Assembly: GCA_051294375.1 (NCBI GenBank)
Contig: CM119264.1
Span: 7,883,301 to 7,947,300 of the forward strand
Length of the DNA: 64,000 nucleotides
From: Paraspadella gotoi
Taxonomy: Eukaryota; Animalia; Chaetognatha
Direction of reading: 5' to 3'
Shown: in pieces, positions 12,713-24,976 of the stretch
How the letters are laid out: the number at the start of each line of letters is the position of its first letter
Position numbering within the stretch: the stretch's first letter is position 1
Made by a program: the position numbers and the translations under genes
Notes under the pieces: model-generated
Told to the model about the DNA's origin: nothing
Database searches by the model: none
The model's input: only the letters and a program-made list of their open reading frames with translations

Positions 12713-13490
12713 GCAATATTATTTTTTATTATTTAAAAAAAGACATACAAATGGAAAAAAAAACTTTTATGGATTATTTAGTATATCGACTTGGTTTAAA
12801 TTATGTTTCAAGGTTGCTGTTTTTTCTTTTCCTTATTAATGTTTACTAAAAAATTATCCTAGTTAATCCGTTTTAATCACAAATCAACCTTTTTTTCGCT
12901 ATCCCGGGCTACAACGAATCGATATTTTTTAAAGAAATACGTTGTAACCTTTATACGAATAGTTACAATAATTTTTATTCGTTCTATCCTTAAATACACT
13001 ACAAGTTTATATTCTTTTGACGTGCGCCCTATACATATAGACCTGGATTTTTTTATATCTGTTGAATTATCAACCGGTTTAATCTTTCTCTCTCAAGTTA
13101 GGGGTCTCCCCTTTCTCAACTTGTATCTTAGATCAGTAGTTGTATCAGTTGAATGATTAAACCTCAAAAGTAAAAGCAAGCCGATCTACGTAGTCGAGCG
13201 CATTTTTTTACAATTGTCAACGAATGAAAATATTGCTATGACGCGGTATCGATTAAACAATTAAAAGAAAAAAAACTTTTCTTTTGCGACGTCAATTTAA
13301 AAGTTAACACAGATAGGTCATCGCTCCGAAAAAAATTTGCAGCAGCGGAAAACTGAAAAGATACTAATAAATTTGAATCCCTACCTAGTGAAAAAAAACT
13401 TATTAAAAAAGGGTACAATATATTAAGCGAGAAATGAGAATTATTGCGCTCACACTCTTCGTCGGGCCGAGCGAAAGGCATTCTCGTAAC

Positions 13491-16400
13491 TCAGTGCTGC
13501 TTGAATTCTTGTGTGGCCAGGTTGCACTCGTTCGCCAGCTCGTAGACTTGCGGGTTCTTCAGTTCTCGCTCTGTGGGCACGCGATAGTCCCGCACGTGGG
13601 GCGGAACCAGGATTCGAATCGTCTTGAAATTCTGAGAGCAGAAAATTGTTTTTCGTTTTATACTATTGAATTACTATTGCGATTAGAGAAAAAAGTCATG
13701 GAACTAGGGCCAATCCATGTCAATGGGGTGGGTCAGAAGTTTGATTCTATCATGTAGTTCTTCCCCACCAACAAAGTGAGCATCTGCTCTGCAAAACGCG
13801 ACATCTCCCGAGAGAAAAACGAAGAGGAAAACTCCTCTTCCCCGCCTTCTCTTCCCCTCCCGTACGCTACCTCAGTACGCCGACACGAGACAGAATCACT
13901 TCTTCTGTTCGCGCTTTGCGCTCAGTCTCCCGGCTTTTTACGAAAATATTTTTTGATTATTTTTGTTGAAATAATTTTGCATATTTTCGTTTCTCTTTTT
14001 TTGGAGTTCAGAATACAGATATTCTTCAACACGTGGCTTTTTTTGAAGTTCTCTCTTCACGGCCGCCATCTTTTTCGTCTTCGTTGTGCGTGGCTTCGGA
14101 GGAAGAGCCCTTGACTCGGCCCTTTCGCTTGCCCTCGACGCACCCTGCGCGGCTGCGGAGGGAAGAGCCGCGACTCGGCCCTCTCGTTTGCCCTCGGCGC
14201 TTAGTACGGCTGCAGGGGGGAAGAAACCTTGTTTCGGCCCCCTTGTTTGTCCAGTGCTCTCCGTTTTTGGACTGAGGCGCGTGTTTTCAACTCGACTACC
14301 CTCATGTCTCTTCCGCCGCCTTCGCCGCCGCCTCCACCGCCGCCTCCACCGCCTCCATCAGCCATTCCGGGCTTTTCTGGTCAGGCCGAAGTCATGCCCC
14401 TTCAGATGGAGGCAGTTCTGCTCCAATTAGCAACGCTCTTTCTAGCGTTCGTCGCGAATTTAAGGAGTTTCGCCGCTCGTCTCGTTCCGAGTTGGAGAGT
14501 CTTCGGCGGTGAGTACTTCTTTCTTTTCGTTTTTGTTTTTTCGCCTTTTTTTGGCGTACATTCGGCGTACAGAGGGGTTTTCCTCCTGTGCCCCACCTAA
14601 CTCGACTTTGTTTGTTTGTTTTTTGTCGGGCCTTCGCCTGGTCTTGTTACAGGCTCACTTTGTTGGTGGGGAAGAACTACATGATAGAATTTGTGGTTCC
14701 ATATGGAACCGGGATTCTTCATGGTTCTTCCCCACCAACAACCACCCACCGTCCACCCCTGGCACCACCGGTGGTGGAGGGCGGCTCAGGCTCGCTTGTC
14801 TTGTTTGGTGGGTGTTTTTTGGGGTTCCTTTTTTGAGACTGTCATTTTTCAAATGATTTCTCTTTTTTTCCATGTACGTTTTCTTCATGGTTCTTGGACG
14901 CCTCTGTTCGCCATTTCCGCCGTTCTTCGTCGATCTTCGTTTGTTCGCTCAGCGACTTGGCAGTCTTTGCGTTCTTTGGCGGCCTCTTCGGCGGCGGATC
15001 GGCCTTCACGCTCCGAGCGGGTGACTGCGTCACGCCTTCCTCGTCGAGCCCCGTCTGCGCAAGTCGACGACGACGCCTCCGTTTCCGGATCAGAGGAGGG
15101 TTCCTCCTCTGAAGAGTCTGCTGCGGGTTTTGACAACTTCTTGTCTCGTCGTGCTTCTGTACAGCCTTCGGAGTGGGTCCTGCAGCAGTGAAGGATTTGC
15201 GCAGAGTTGGCCAGGACGACGTTCTTTTACCGTCGTGGGACGTGCTTTCCGCCAATACGCGTTTCGGCGCTGGTCGGATGTTTCTTCGCCGCGGAGTTTC
15301 GTCCTCCTGCTCAAGAGAGTTTGCCTTGCGCTCAGTTCGATGCCGTTCGGAAGGACTCCAAGACGACGCGCGCTTTCAAGGCTTTTGAGCGCATCATGAG
15401 GGACGCCGGAGCGTCCGCTCATGCTGTCCTTTCTGTCGCTGACGCTCTCCGCCTCATGGTTGAGGCCCTACGCTCGGAGGGGCCCGGTGCAGTGGACGCA
15501 GGCCACCTTGACGATCTTGCCAAGCCCTTGGAGACGCCTCGTCGGGTTTGGCGGCGATTTTTGGTTCGGCCCTCTCCGAGTCTCGGCGCTTAGTTGTCGA
15601 CGCTGCCCTTCGGATCTCAAGACAGTTCTGTCCAGTTCTCCGCCCTCCACGTCGTTCTTTTTCGGAGACCGCTCCACAGACGTCACTCAAGCGTTCCATT
15701 CTTCGCTTCTCCGCTCCGGGGCGCCACACAATTGCGCCTGTTCTGCTAGCCGCAAGCGTGGGCGTGGCAGTCCGCGTAGTCCCGCTCGCCGTCCCTACCG
15801 GCCTCGCAAGTCTTCGCCGCCTCCCAAGCGTAGGGGCGGGGCTCCAGGGACGTCTAAGGACGCCGACTGATCGCCCGACAGCTCTTTCGGCCGTTGCCTC
15901 GTCCGGCCGTCAGTTTCTCCAGGCCCGGCTTTCGTCCATGGACTGGTTTTTTGCGGTTTCTCATCCCCCCTTCTACGACGTCCGGTCAAGTGGGCGTGGC
16001 AACGTCACCGGAAGTCTTCGCGGGATTCCCCCTCTTGGTTTGCTTGGTTACGAGTGATTCTGTCTCGTGTCGGCGTACTGAGGTAGCGTACGGGAGGGGG
16101 AAGAGAAGGCGGGGAAGAGGAGTTTTCCTCTTCTTTTTCTCTCGGGAGATGTCGCGTTTGCAGAGCAGATGCTCACTTTGTTGGTGGGGAAGAACCATGA
16201 AGAATCCCGTTCCATATGGAACCACAAATTTGTGAACCTTCCGAAATTAAACTTAATACATTTCTGAGAAAAATTTCAATGGACCAAATTTTATTAAAAT
16301 GGCTAGAAGCACTAGTAATTATTTGTTTAATTTATTATTTATTTATAGATAGGAATTTTTTTTATAAATTTTTGTATTTTTTAAAGCAGATTCAGATAGC

Positions 16401-19400
16401 TTATGAAAAGTTGTCTACACAAAGTATAATTCTAAGTGGGTCAAAATTAGGAAAAACCTAGTTTTCGGTAATAAAACATCAAAGTTTTAATTACAATTTT
16501 TGCTTAAATTTTTGAGCTCTATCAGAATAAATTTAAAAAAACTTAAAATATAAAAAAGTTTTACATTATATATCAATATGATAATTTTAAACATTTTTGC
16601 AAAAAAATATTTTAACACAATGACTAACACCAATAATGGATTTGTTTAATGCTGTTCCCATTAAAATTTGTATTTGGTCGGCGACCCTAATGGAACGATC
16701 GGACGATTTCGCGAAAGTTGGTTCGCCATCCGCCAATCGCTCCTCGTCTCCATGGCTTACCAAAATAAAAGACCTTTACCAAGCCGGTGGTCCGTACTCT
16801 TAGGATAATTGAGAAGCTTGACCTATTAACGCCAGTAAACCCATCGACTTATAGTTTTTGTACCTGTGGCAAGTTGCTGTTGAACGGACGCCACACCAGC
16901 ATTTGGGCGTGGTTGGCGTCTGGCGGGAGTTTGGCGACTTTTGGAATGGGTGGCAGTCTGGTGACGAGTCTCGGCATTCCTGAATCTAAAGNNNNNNNNN
17001 NNNNNNNNNNNNNNNNTGTATTTGGTCGGCGACCCCTAATGGAAGGATCGGACGATTTCGCGAAAGTTGGTTCGCCATCCGCCAATCGCTCCTCGTCTCC
17101 ATGGCTTACCAAAATAAAAGACCTTTACCAAGCCGGTGGTCCGTACTCTTAGGATAATTGAGAAGCTTGACCTATTAACGCCAGTAAACCCATCGACTTA
17201 TAGTTTTTGTACCTGTGGCAAGTTGCTGTTGAACGGACGCCACACCAGCATTTGGGCGTGGTTGGCGTCTGGCGGGAGTTTGGCGACTTTTGGAATGGGT
17301 GGCAGTCTGGTGACGAGTCTCGGCATGTCCTGAATCTAAAGAGACAGGATTAGAGTTCCGATAACCGTTAATTTTTTAGGAAATTCGCTTAACCGTTAAA
17401 ACTAACATTTTTTAACGGTTAACCGTTAAGATCGGTTAATTTTATAATTTAACTTTAAATTTAAAATATTAAGATTTAAAACAAACTAAAGTATTTAATG
17501 GTATTTTCTCTTTAACTCTGGCTTTTGAATGCGCTGATAAAGACTTGAAACAGAGTCGAAACATGTCTGTTTTTTATGTCAAATAAAATTGTTGTTGTAA
17601 CAAAACAATAATTTTTGCTAATCTCATAACACAACGAAACAAAAGGATACCATCAAATTCTAATTCTATATTTTGTTTTCTCTTTCTCTCTTTTGCTTTC
17701 TTTTTTTCTTTCTCAACTTCTCTTCCTCATTATTTTTGTAGTTGTTAGTTTCTGATTATTGATAGACTGGTTGATTTATCGATTGATCAAAAGATTTATT
17801 GATTAATAAATATATTTTTCATTTTAATTAAAAAGTATATCATCATTATTGAAGGATAGTTTTAGTTAGCCTTAATGTCTTTTTTTAAGATTCGTTCCTT
17901 CTATTATTAATTTTAAAATTTTTTAAAAGAGTTTGAAATGAATTTTCAACAACGATTATATCTTTAATAAAAAACGGACATGTTTCGGCTTAACTACATA
18001 GGCGTTTGTCGTAGCGTACCCGAAGTCGGCAGGGCATAGGCGTTTGTCGTAGCGTACCCTGAGAAGGTTGCGTGTTCGATAGTAGGGCTCACCACTTATG
18101 GCAACAGCCGGGTTGCCTGTGATGCCCATTGGGATGGGGCATCTCACTGTTGGCTTGGGGGCTTCCGACCCTCAGTGACGCATCCAGTCACTGGCGCGGT
18201 TTACCCTAGGACGTCTCGCTTTGCCAACGCAGAGGGAAGTCATTAGGTTTGTGGATGGAACATTACGCCTGGGATGGTGTGTTCCCCCTCTGAGCCAATG
18301 GATTTGGCTGAACGATGGTGGACGTGAGGCGGTGTGAATATACCGCCACAAGGGATTATTTATTTTTATCTAAATTGAATATATATTATTGCATGGAAGG
18401 GCCAAAAAAAAAGGAGAAAAAAGAAAGGGGGAAAGAAAAAGGGGAAAAGTGAGAAAGAAAAAGAAAGAAACAGGAGGAGATAAATAAAGAGGAAGAAAGA
18501 ATAAGAGAGAGATTAGGATAGAAAAAAAATAAAGGAAAAAAGCAGGGAAAAAGTGGAGAAGAGAGAGAGGGATAAAAATATGGTGAGAAGGGGAGAGGAG
18601 AATAAGAGAGAACAGGAAAAAAATATAATTTTTTTTTATAGTGGTAATAACCTTTCTTTTTCGTTGTTGTATGTATTTGGGCAAAATGATTTTTGTTTTA
18701 CAACGAATTTTATTTTATCATAGAAAACGTACATGTTTCGGCTTTGGATGCAAGCCTTCTTCAGCGTCAATGATTTGTGAAAATTTGTACAGTTTTTTGT
18801 GTGAAAGAAGGAGAGAGAGAGAGAGAGAGAGAGATAGGGCAAAGTTTCCAACACAGAGTTGAGAAAAATAGTAGTGGTCAAGTGGTGAGGACAGGTTAAG
18901 AATGAGGACAGATAGAGATTTTAGTTTTGAATAAGAAATGAAATGGTCAGAGTGAGAGAGATTGAGAGAGAGAGGAGAGAGAGAGGGAGAGAGAGAGAGA
19001 CAGGGAGAGAGAAAATAATATTACATTTCAAATGTACAACAAATAAAGTTTTTAAACTGTTATTAACAATTAACTATTTAATAAATAAACAAGTGAAGGT
19101 GAAAATGAAATGTGAAAGTGAGAAGATACATTTAGTGTAAAGAATTGTTAATAAAGTTAGAAATTAAGAATTGTCGTCTTTATTACTAACTCCTGTAATA
19201 ATTGACGAATCTATTTAGCCTAATATATTAATAGAGGATTGAGTATTCACTATAGTTATATTAAATAAGGTAAAACAAAAGAAATAAAACGGGAGAGAAT
19301 TACAAATTGTTACTCGGCCAAAATCACGACTGAAGAATTACAAGCGATCGAAAACCAAAAAGCATTTGTTTACAATTCGGCGAAGGTTATTTGTAAACTA

Positions 19401-21428
19401 CAAGACCGAGATTTTGTAATAATACTTTAATATTCTGACACCGCCCTCCTAAAATATAATTAATCAATTAAATGAATTTATTAATTATTCAAAAGTAAAA
19501 CAAAATTGAGGGCCAAGAAACAAATGTAAAACAATAGCAAAAAGGTACACCGTCATACAGGTGTAAGCCTCTTTAATAACCGTTAACAGTTAACGGTTAT
19601 CGGAACACTAGACAGGATTCGTTGAGCGCGCACGCGCGAAACAAGTAATATCTCAACTCGGTCATGCGAGTCATTTTTCAGATTAGTTTACCAAGGGTTC
19701 TTTGAGGAATCCTCTCGTCCCACAAGGGTTACGGGGTTCGACTTGAATGTGAATGTCGCAATCCCATGACAAGCACTTGAGTTCGATACAATCGCCTTAT
19801 TGGTGAACGAATTCAATGATTTGAAATAAAGGTTCTTAGTTACATCCATTGCACAAAATCGAGGTTACGCCGAAGTGATCGAATTGTTAATTGACTGTTT
19901 TTGATGCAATCGCGTTTCCGTCGACCTGTGACTTCGTTAAAAGCGACGAGCCACGAAAAGAACTTTTGTTTTCGTTTGATGCACGTTAAATCGAGTCCTT
20001 CGGGCGAACAATCGGGATGCCTGGTCGGGGCCTGTCGCCGTCGGGTCGCGTGAGAATTTTTACTTTTATTTCTCTGCAACGCATAATCACCTTGAGGGTA
20101 ACGTGAGAGGCAGGACTGTCGCTCATGGCAACTGTGAATGTAGTTTCCTCTTGCGATCATAAAAGGGGGCGGGGAGCAAATTAACGTTTACATGAGCCAT
20201 GGCACCTCTTTTCTTTTCGGTCAGTCGTCTGACGTTCTGACCCCCTCTCTCCCCCCCTCATCGCCTCCATACGCGAAATGGGTCCGGCCAGTTGGAAGAT
20301 CTCTCTGTCGTGACCGTAGAAAGGGTATGACTGCCCGTCCGAGTCGTTTACTCCGGGAAGGCCCACGTTGAGCTGCGGGAATTCCCAAGAGCTAAACCCA
20401 ATGGTAGAATACCTGTTAAAAGGGTAGCAAAACTAAATAGATCTCCCAAGGTTGTCATTAGTGGAGAAAGCGGAATAAGGTGATTCTAAATTGTCGTCTT
20501 ACACGTTGGCAAAGTTCATGAAATAGCAAGATTGGACCCAACCAATTGTCCAGACTTGACCAATTGGAACTGTACTTTTCGGCCAGCCAGTCAATCGATC
20601 AATCGAGTTAATAATAATGCTCTAAAAATATATTTGCCCTCTTGTAGAATTAGACTGGAAGCTGCCTCACTGCTGTTCGTCTTCAGTCTCGTCTCAATGG
20701 CTGAGCGGGCTAAATCATCTCGTTTCAACCGTGCTTCCGGGTTCAGTCCATGGTTATCCCGGTACTGGCTTAAATGTGACGGAGCCAGTGACAGCAGGCG
20801 GTCACTCAGGGTCCGCAGCCCCTACGCCAGTTGGTGAGATGCCCCGGGTATCACAGGCAATCCTTCCGTTGTCATAAGCTGATTATTAATGGATTGAATG
20901 CTATAATTGATCGCAATGCCTGGCGGCGCCGTAACAGTCGCTTTTGCCCGCATCGTCGGGGTCCTTGAATAAAATATTACCGAAAAAGTTTTTCGATCAA
21001 GAGCGAATTTTAAAAGAATTCGAATAAAAAATTCAACATCTCACAAAGCTTTCTCACATGAAGATGAAAATTTTGTCGTTTCTCTCTTCTATTTTGGTCG
21101 GATTAGGATTTCGATAAACTTCGAGTCGAACTGTTTGTTTCAAGAGAAACTCGTGTTATGGTCCTCATTTGTGCGAAAGGTTCTCACCTTGAACTTGTTT
21201 TTGAAGTTGATCTCGTGGAACCCACCCATCTACGCTGTGTCCTTGAAGAGTAAGTCTCGAAGTCAAACTCGTTAAAGTGTTACGTAGGAACTATCGATTC
21301 AAGGCCGTCCATCTCATTTCGTAATGAACCAATAGTTCCTCGGCTACCATTTTTTTTTATTTTAAGATTAAATATTTTTGTTTAAACTTACTCGTCTCGT
21401 TCTGTCTGAAGGAATTTCTGTTTCCCAT
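13491..21428 (-). CDS. FAM78: FAM78-family protein, multi-exon
   Basis: Reconstructed: MGNRNSF...NPTKIEE...TPTMRAKATVTAPP|VPIGQVWTIGWVQSCYFMNFANV|YSTIGFSSWEFPQLNVGLPGVNDSDGQSYPFYG...FTVAMSDSPASHVT...LTCIKRKQKFFSWLVAFN...EPL|IQDMP...DANHAQMLVWRP...|NFKTIRILVPP. Matches remembered FAM78A/B motifs GWIQAC, SSWELP, SDSDGxxYPWYG, FTTWLVA, ANDAQVLMWRP. The first exons are less certain. Confidence 0.88.
13744..16230 (+). mobile_element. Non-autonomous DIRS1-like tyrosine-recombinase retrotransposon
   Basis: About 143-bp inverted repeats (13757-13900, 16053-16195) with non-identical outer extensions. Internal complementary region 14653-14741 is the reverse complement of both termini joined at ATT. 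Frameshifted gag-like remnants at about 14800-15870. No RT or recombinase ORF. Empty site at 9206-9208. Confidence 0.9.
16668..17341. other. Scaffold gap (25 N, 16992-17016) flanked by the same ~325 bp; unmerged contig overlap
   Basis: 16668-16991 is almost identical to 17017-17341, including one FAM78 exon. Confidence 0.9.
17531..17570 (+). ncRNA. Minimal type I hammerhead ribozyme, core-mutated
   Basis: gcg CTGATAA a gact-tgaaacag-agtc GAAA CATG TC tgt; G8 replaced by A. Confidence 0.7.
18096..18350 (+). repeat. Family A structured element, copy 2 (nested in hAT, antisense to FAM78)
   Basis: Aligns end to end with 5491-5746. Confidence 0.9.
18726..18768 (-). ncRNA. Minimal type I hammerhead ribozyme, intact core
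   Basis: Minus strand: gacg CTGAAGA a ggctt-gcatcca-aagcc GAAA CATG TA cgtt; palindromic ACATGT stem III; AATAAA just downstream. Confidence 0.85.
20661..20877 (-). repeat. Family A element, divergent copy 4 (FAM78 intron, sense)
   Basis: Minus strand: ttatgacaac...ttgcctgtgatacc..ggggcatctcac...ggggct..gaccct.agtgac...gtcactggc...ctgaag...gtgaggc. Confidence 0.75.
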
Positions 21429-22802
21429 TTTTGGGCCGGGTCCTTTACGCGTCTTTTAACTTCCTACGTCTACTCTATTCGCCTCGTATTAAAAAAAAAT
21501 ATGCAAGTATTGGCTATTTAGGTCTTTCGTTAGTGATTTTCGTTTGTAAGCCATTTTTCTTAATTCTTTTCTCTTTCGTCATTTATACGAGTTGAGTTTC
21601 GTTTCGTTTAACTCTTTTATTTCTTTTTGTGTCTTTGTTCTAATTAAAGCACGAAATCTTCGCCTATCTTTAAAAAACTTTACCTAACGGTGAAATGATT
21701 TATGTATTTAGATTTAGAACCTAATGATTATATTTTTTACTAGCTGCGTTTAAAAATTTACGGATATTTCTAGCTCTTTCGCTGTACCTGCCGAGCCCAG
21801 AGTAGATCTCTCCTCTAACAACAAATAAGCAACTTAATTTAATGGAATAAGACATGAAGGATACAATGGGAGATTGTTTTGAATGAAAAAGTTGGGACCA
21901 AATCACAGCGGCAATTCGAGTGTCACACCATATATTATTTTTAAGAATTTGTGATGGATAAATTTTAATTTTAAAACGTAATTCCCGTGAAATGGCATAA
22001 AAAAGATAACGTCAAGGCTTCGCGATGACTAGTACACATAACGGATATATTGTCGCGTTTTTTTAAAATTCGGGCTTCAAGAGAGACAATGAAAATTTAT
22101 TCGATGAGACAATGTATTTGTGCATGAGACGCCGAATCTTTCGTTTTTAAGCAAAAGAGACGCAAGTTAAAAAAAAAAACACCGATTTCGCTCGCGAAAG
22201 GCAAAGAAAATAATCTTCTGAAGAAAAAATAAATAAAACTTAAGTTAATAAGTAGTTAAAATTAATCCCGCGAATTAAAAAAAAAAAAAGCACATGAGAG
22301 CTGCGATTTGTTTCTCTTTGATCAGAACGACGACGTCGAGGACGACGACGACGACCGTTCCGATCCCCCCACCTCAACGACAGACGATGGCGCCAAAGAA
22401 ATCAAATGACATCAAATGAAATCAATCGAAATTAACGAAAATCGATAAATAAGAAATAAAGAAGTGCAAACCGCCCACCCACTCCCGCTTCCCTCTCTCG
22501 CGTTGTCCGTTTTTTTTTTTCTGACAATACTAAGGAGGAGGGGAGGGAAGATGGTGATATTAAAGTATCGATCGAAAACGTCGGTCGATTCGTCTGGAGA
22601 GAGTGTCAAAGAGAGAGAGAGAGAGGGAAGCTCCAGTCATTATTCTCTTCTTTTTCTACGACCGACGGAACGACTCGATGCACGACACCACCTTATCCCC
22701 CCCCCCCAACCCCCGCGGACCGATTTAAGCTGCGGCTCATCCTCCTTCCCTTTCTCCCCTCCTGCCGGCGTCTTCTCTCTATCCGGCGATCCTTTCCTCT
22801 TC

Positions 22803-23967
22803 CTACTCTTCGGCCGGGGCGTCGGCGGGCGCCTCTTCCGGCGCCGATTCCGTCGCAGTCCCTTCTCCCTCTCCCTTCTTCTTCTTTTTGCCCAAAGCGT
22901 CGGCGCCAAAGGCCGGCTTCTCCTTCTCTTCCCCGAGGTCGAACTTCTGGTCGGGATTCGTCGTCGCCTGGTGGAGGAAGAAGAAGAAGAAAAAAAAAAG
23001 AACAACTCAATCTAACATTTTCATTTTAAAGGTTAAACCCCCCCAAAAAATAACCAAATAGTATTGATAAACAACAGCCCTTCGCGACTTACCTTGAGCC
23101 CAGATCGGAAGGCGGCGGCTTTGGCAGAGTCGGATTCTCCAGAGGATTTCTTGATCTTCGCCGCGGTTTTGTTGACGCGTTTCAGTTGAGGCTTCATGCT
23201 GCAAAAATCGTTGAGGATTGGTTAAAAAGTAAAAGGGGTTTGATAGGTCAATTGGGTCGTCATTAATTATATCAATATGGTAGCATTTATTATGTGAATC
23301 GATTTTTAAAGTATATAAGTGATTTAAACTAGTAAATAGTCAACGCTATTGATTGGTGAAAGAATGAGAACTGATTGTGACTGTCTTCAAAAAAATGAAA
23401 CTCACAATTTGCCGGTGCCCTCGTTGACTGACAGCGTAAGCTCGTTCATGTCGTAGTCTTGTTTGACCATGGAGAGCTCCAGAGCGAGCTTCTTCTCTTC
23501 AGTCTCTTGCACCCATTGATACAGGGTGACGCACTTTTGGATGAGATCCTCTGCAAGGGACAAAAATGGTGAGCATTGGAATTACTTTTTTTTGAAGGAT
23601 GAAAATGATAATTTGTGTATAAATACTGGGAAAAAATCCCCTCTTTCCATTTTGGTCTTCAAACACAAATCGAATATAGTTTTGGACTCGATTTACCAAC
23701 ACAAAGACGACAAATAGCTAATCTCACAACCTCCTTCATTCCACCAGTCAGACCAACCTCACCGGCCCAACTTAACTGACCTCCCACGCTTTCAAACTCA
23801 CCCTCCTCGTATCCCTCGATGTCGAGCGGGGGCACGAGCTCGTCGACGGCCTCCTTCTTGGCGCGGTCCTTCTCCAGCCTCTCCCTCTCAAGATCCTCTT
23901 GCGCCTTCTTCAGGATCAACACCTTCAGCATGCGCTTCTTCTCCTTCGTCAACTTGAACTTCCCCAT
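22803..23967 (-). CDS. TNNI: Troponin I, paralogue 1 (4 coding exons)
   Basis: MGKFKLTKEKKRMLKVLILKKAQEDL...KQDYDMNELTLSVNEGTGKF|MKPQLKRV...AFRSGLK|ATTNPDQKFDLGEE...AEE*; canonical splice sites. Confidence 0.92.
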
Positions 23968-24199
23968 CCTCGTCTGCGGTTAAGGGGGGGCGGGCTGGGG
24001 GAAGGGACGGCAGGGTAAGAATTGAAATTTTATGCCGATTTTCCATACGGCCTTTGGGAGTTCTGATCATGACCCTTTTAAAGAATGCGAGATAGTATAA
24101 TATGAAACTTGCTCTGTTCAATTGTTTCGCTGATTTTTTATTGTTGAAATTGCTACAATGATTGTCCATTCAAAAAATTATCCATTCATTTAAAAAACA

Positions 24200-24296
24200 A
24201 ACTACCTGACCCTTAATATGGCGATTTAAGGAATCCATCCCTTCTACAAGATGATAACATTGCAAGATCTTGCAAGCTTTCAATCAAGACTCTCAA
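24200..24296 (+). repeat. Dispersed repeat fragment, homologous to 63866-63956
   Basis: Shared gatttaagg...tacaagat.at.acat.gca...tgcaagc.ttcaatcaagactctc. Confidence 0.7.
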
Positions 24297-24976
24297 CATT
24301 ATTAAAATTTATTCATTAAAATGTGGCTTCAGTTACTGATTGCCTTGTTCCTCTAGTCGAATTTGCTTCTGAAAATCAAGACATTTACGTAGGAGGTCGT
24401 TTCGGGTCATCTTGCTGAAGCCAAAGTCAACTCGGGCTGATTCTCTCCCTATCTCTCTCTGTATAAAATATATATTGGTTGTACCAATTTCATAAAGTCG
24501 TCAGAACATTTTAGATATGTTATTATGTACTAGCTAAAAAGAAATAGCGAATCTAAACTCCTGTCGGCTAATATTAAATAATAATTAAACTGTTACTAAA
24601 TAACGATCGAAAATTAGAATGTTTTATTGTTTATCACATTGATATGATTAAAATCATCGATGATGACGCGCCCCGCAGAAGCTATTTAATGTTAATGTTA
24701 AAAACAACAGTTCATAGATAATAAGTAATAAAAGGTGACGAAAAATTTCGCCCTCAAAACTGTCGTCCAGAATTTCTTTTCCAGTCGCTCTTTCCGATTA
24801 GAGAATAAATTAAATGTCTCCACAACCAGCGCCACAACCGTTTCCACAACCTCGAAGTTTTAGTAAAATCCTCCATAAATCGTTCAAAAGTTTTACATTA
24901 CTCCAACACCTCGTTTAACCCCCTCCATTTCCCCCCCTCCACCTTTCCCCAAAATACTCCAACCCCTTCTCTCCGT

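Larger units (their letters stand above)
17351..19610. mobile_element. Non-autonomous hAT element in a FAM78 intron, with nested repeats
   Basis: 21-bp TIRs tagagttccgataaccgttaa / ttaacggttatcggaacacta (1 mismatch); perfect 8-bp TSD gacaggat (17343-17350, 19611-19618); subterminal aaccgttaa motifs. Confidence 0.92.

Noticed and set aside
16787-17333. Apparent tandem exon duplication in FAM78
   Set aside because: The copies flank an N gap exactly; unmerged contig overlap.
17997-18060. 25-bp direct repeat with spacer, CRISPR-like
   Set aside because: Only two units, 13-nt spacer, eukaryotic context, no cas genes.
18060-18095. tRNA-like 3' half (gaaggttgcgtgttcga...cacca) before family A copy 2
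   Set aside because: No T-stem pairing, A box or cloverleaf; absent from the other three copies.
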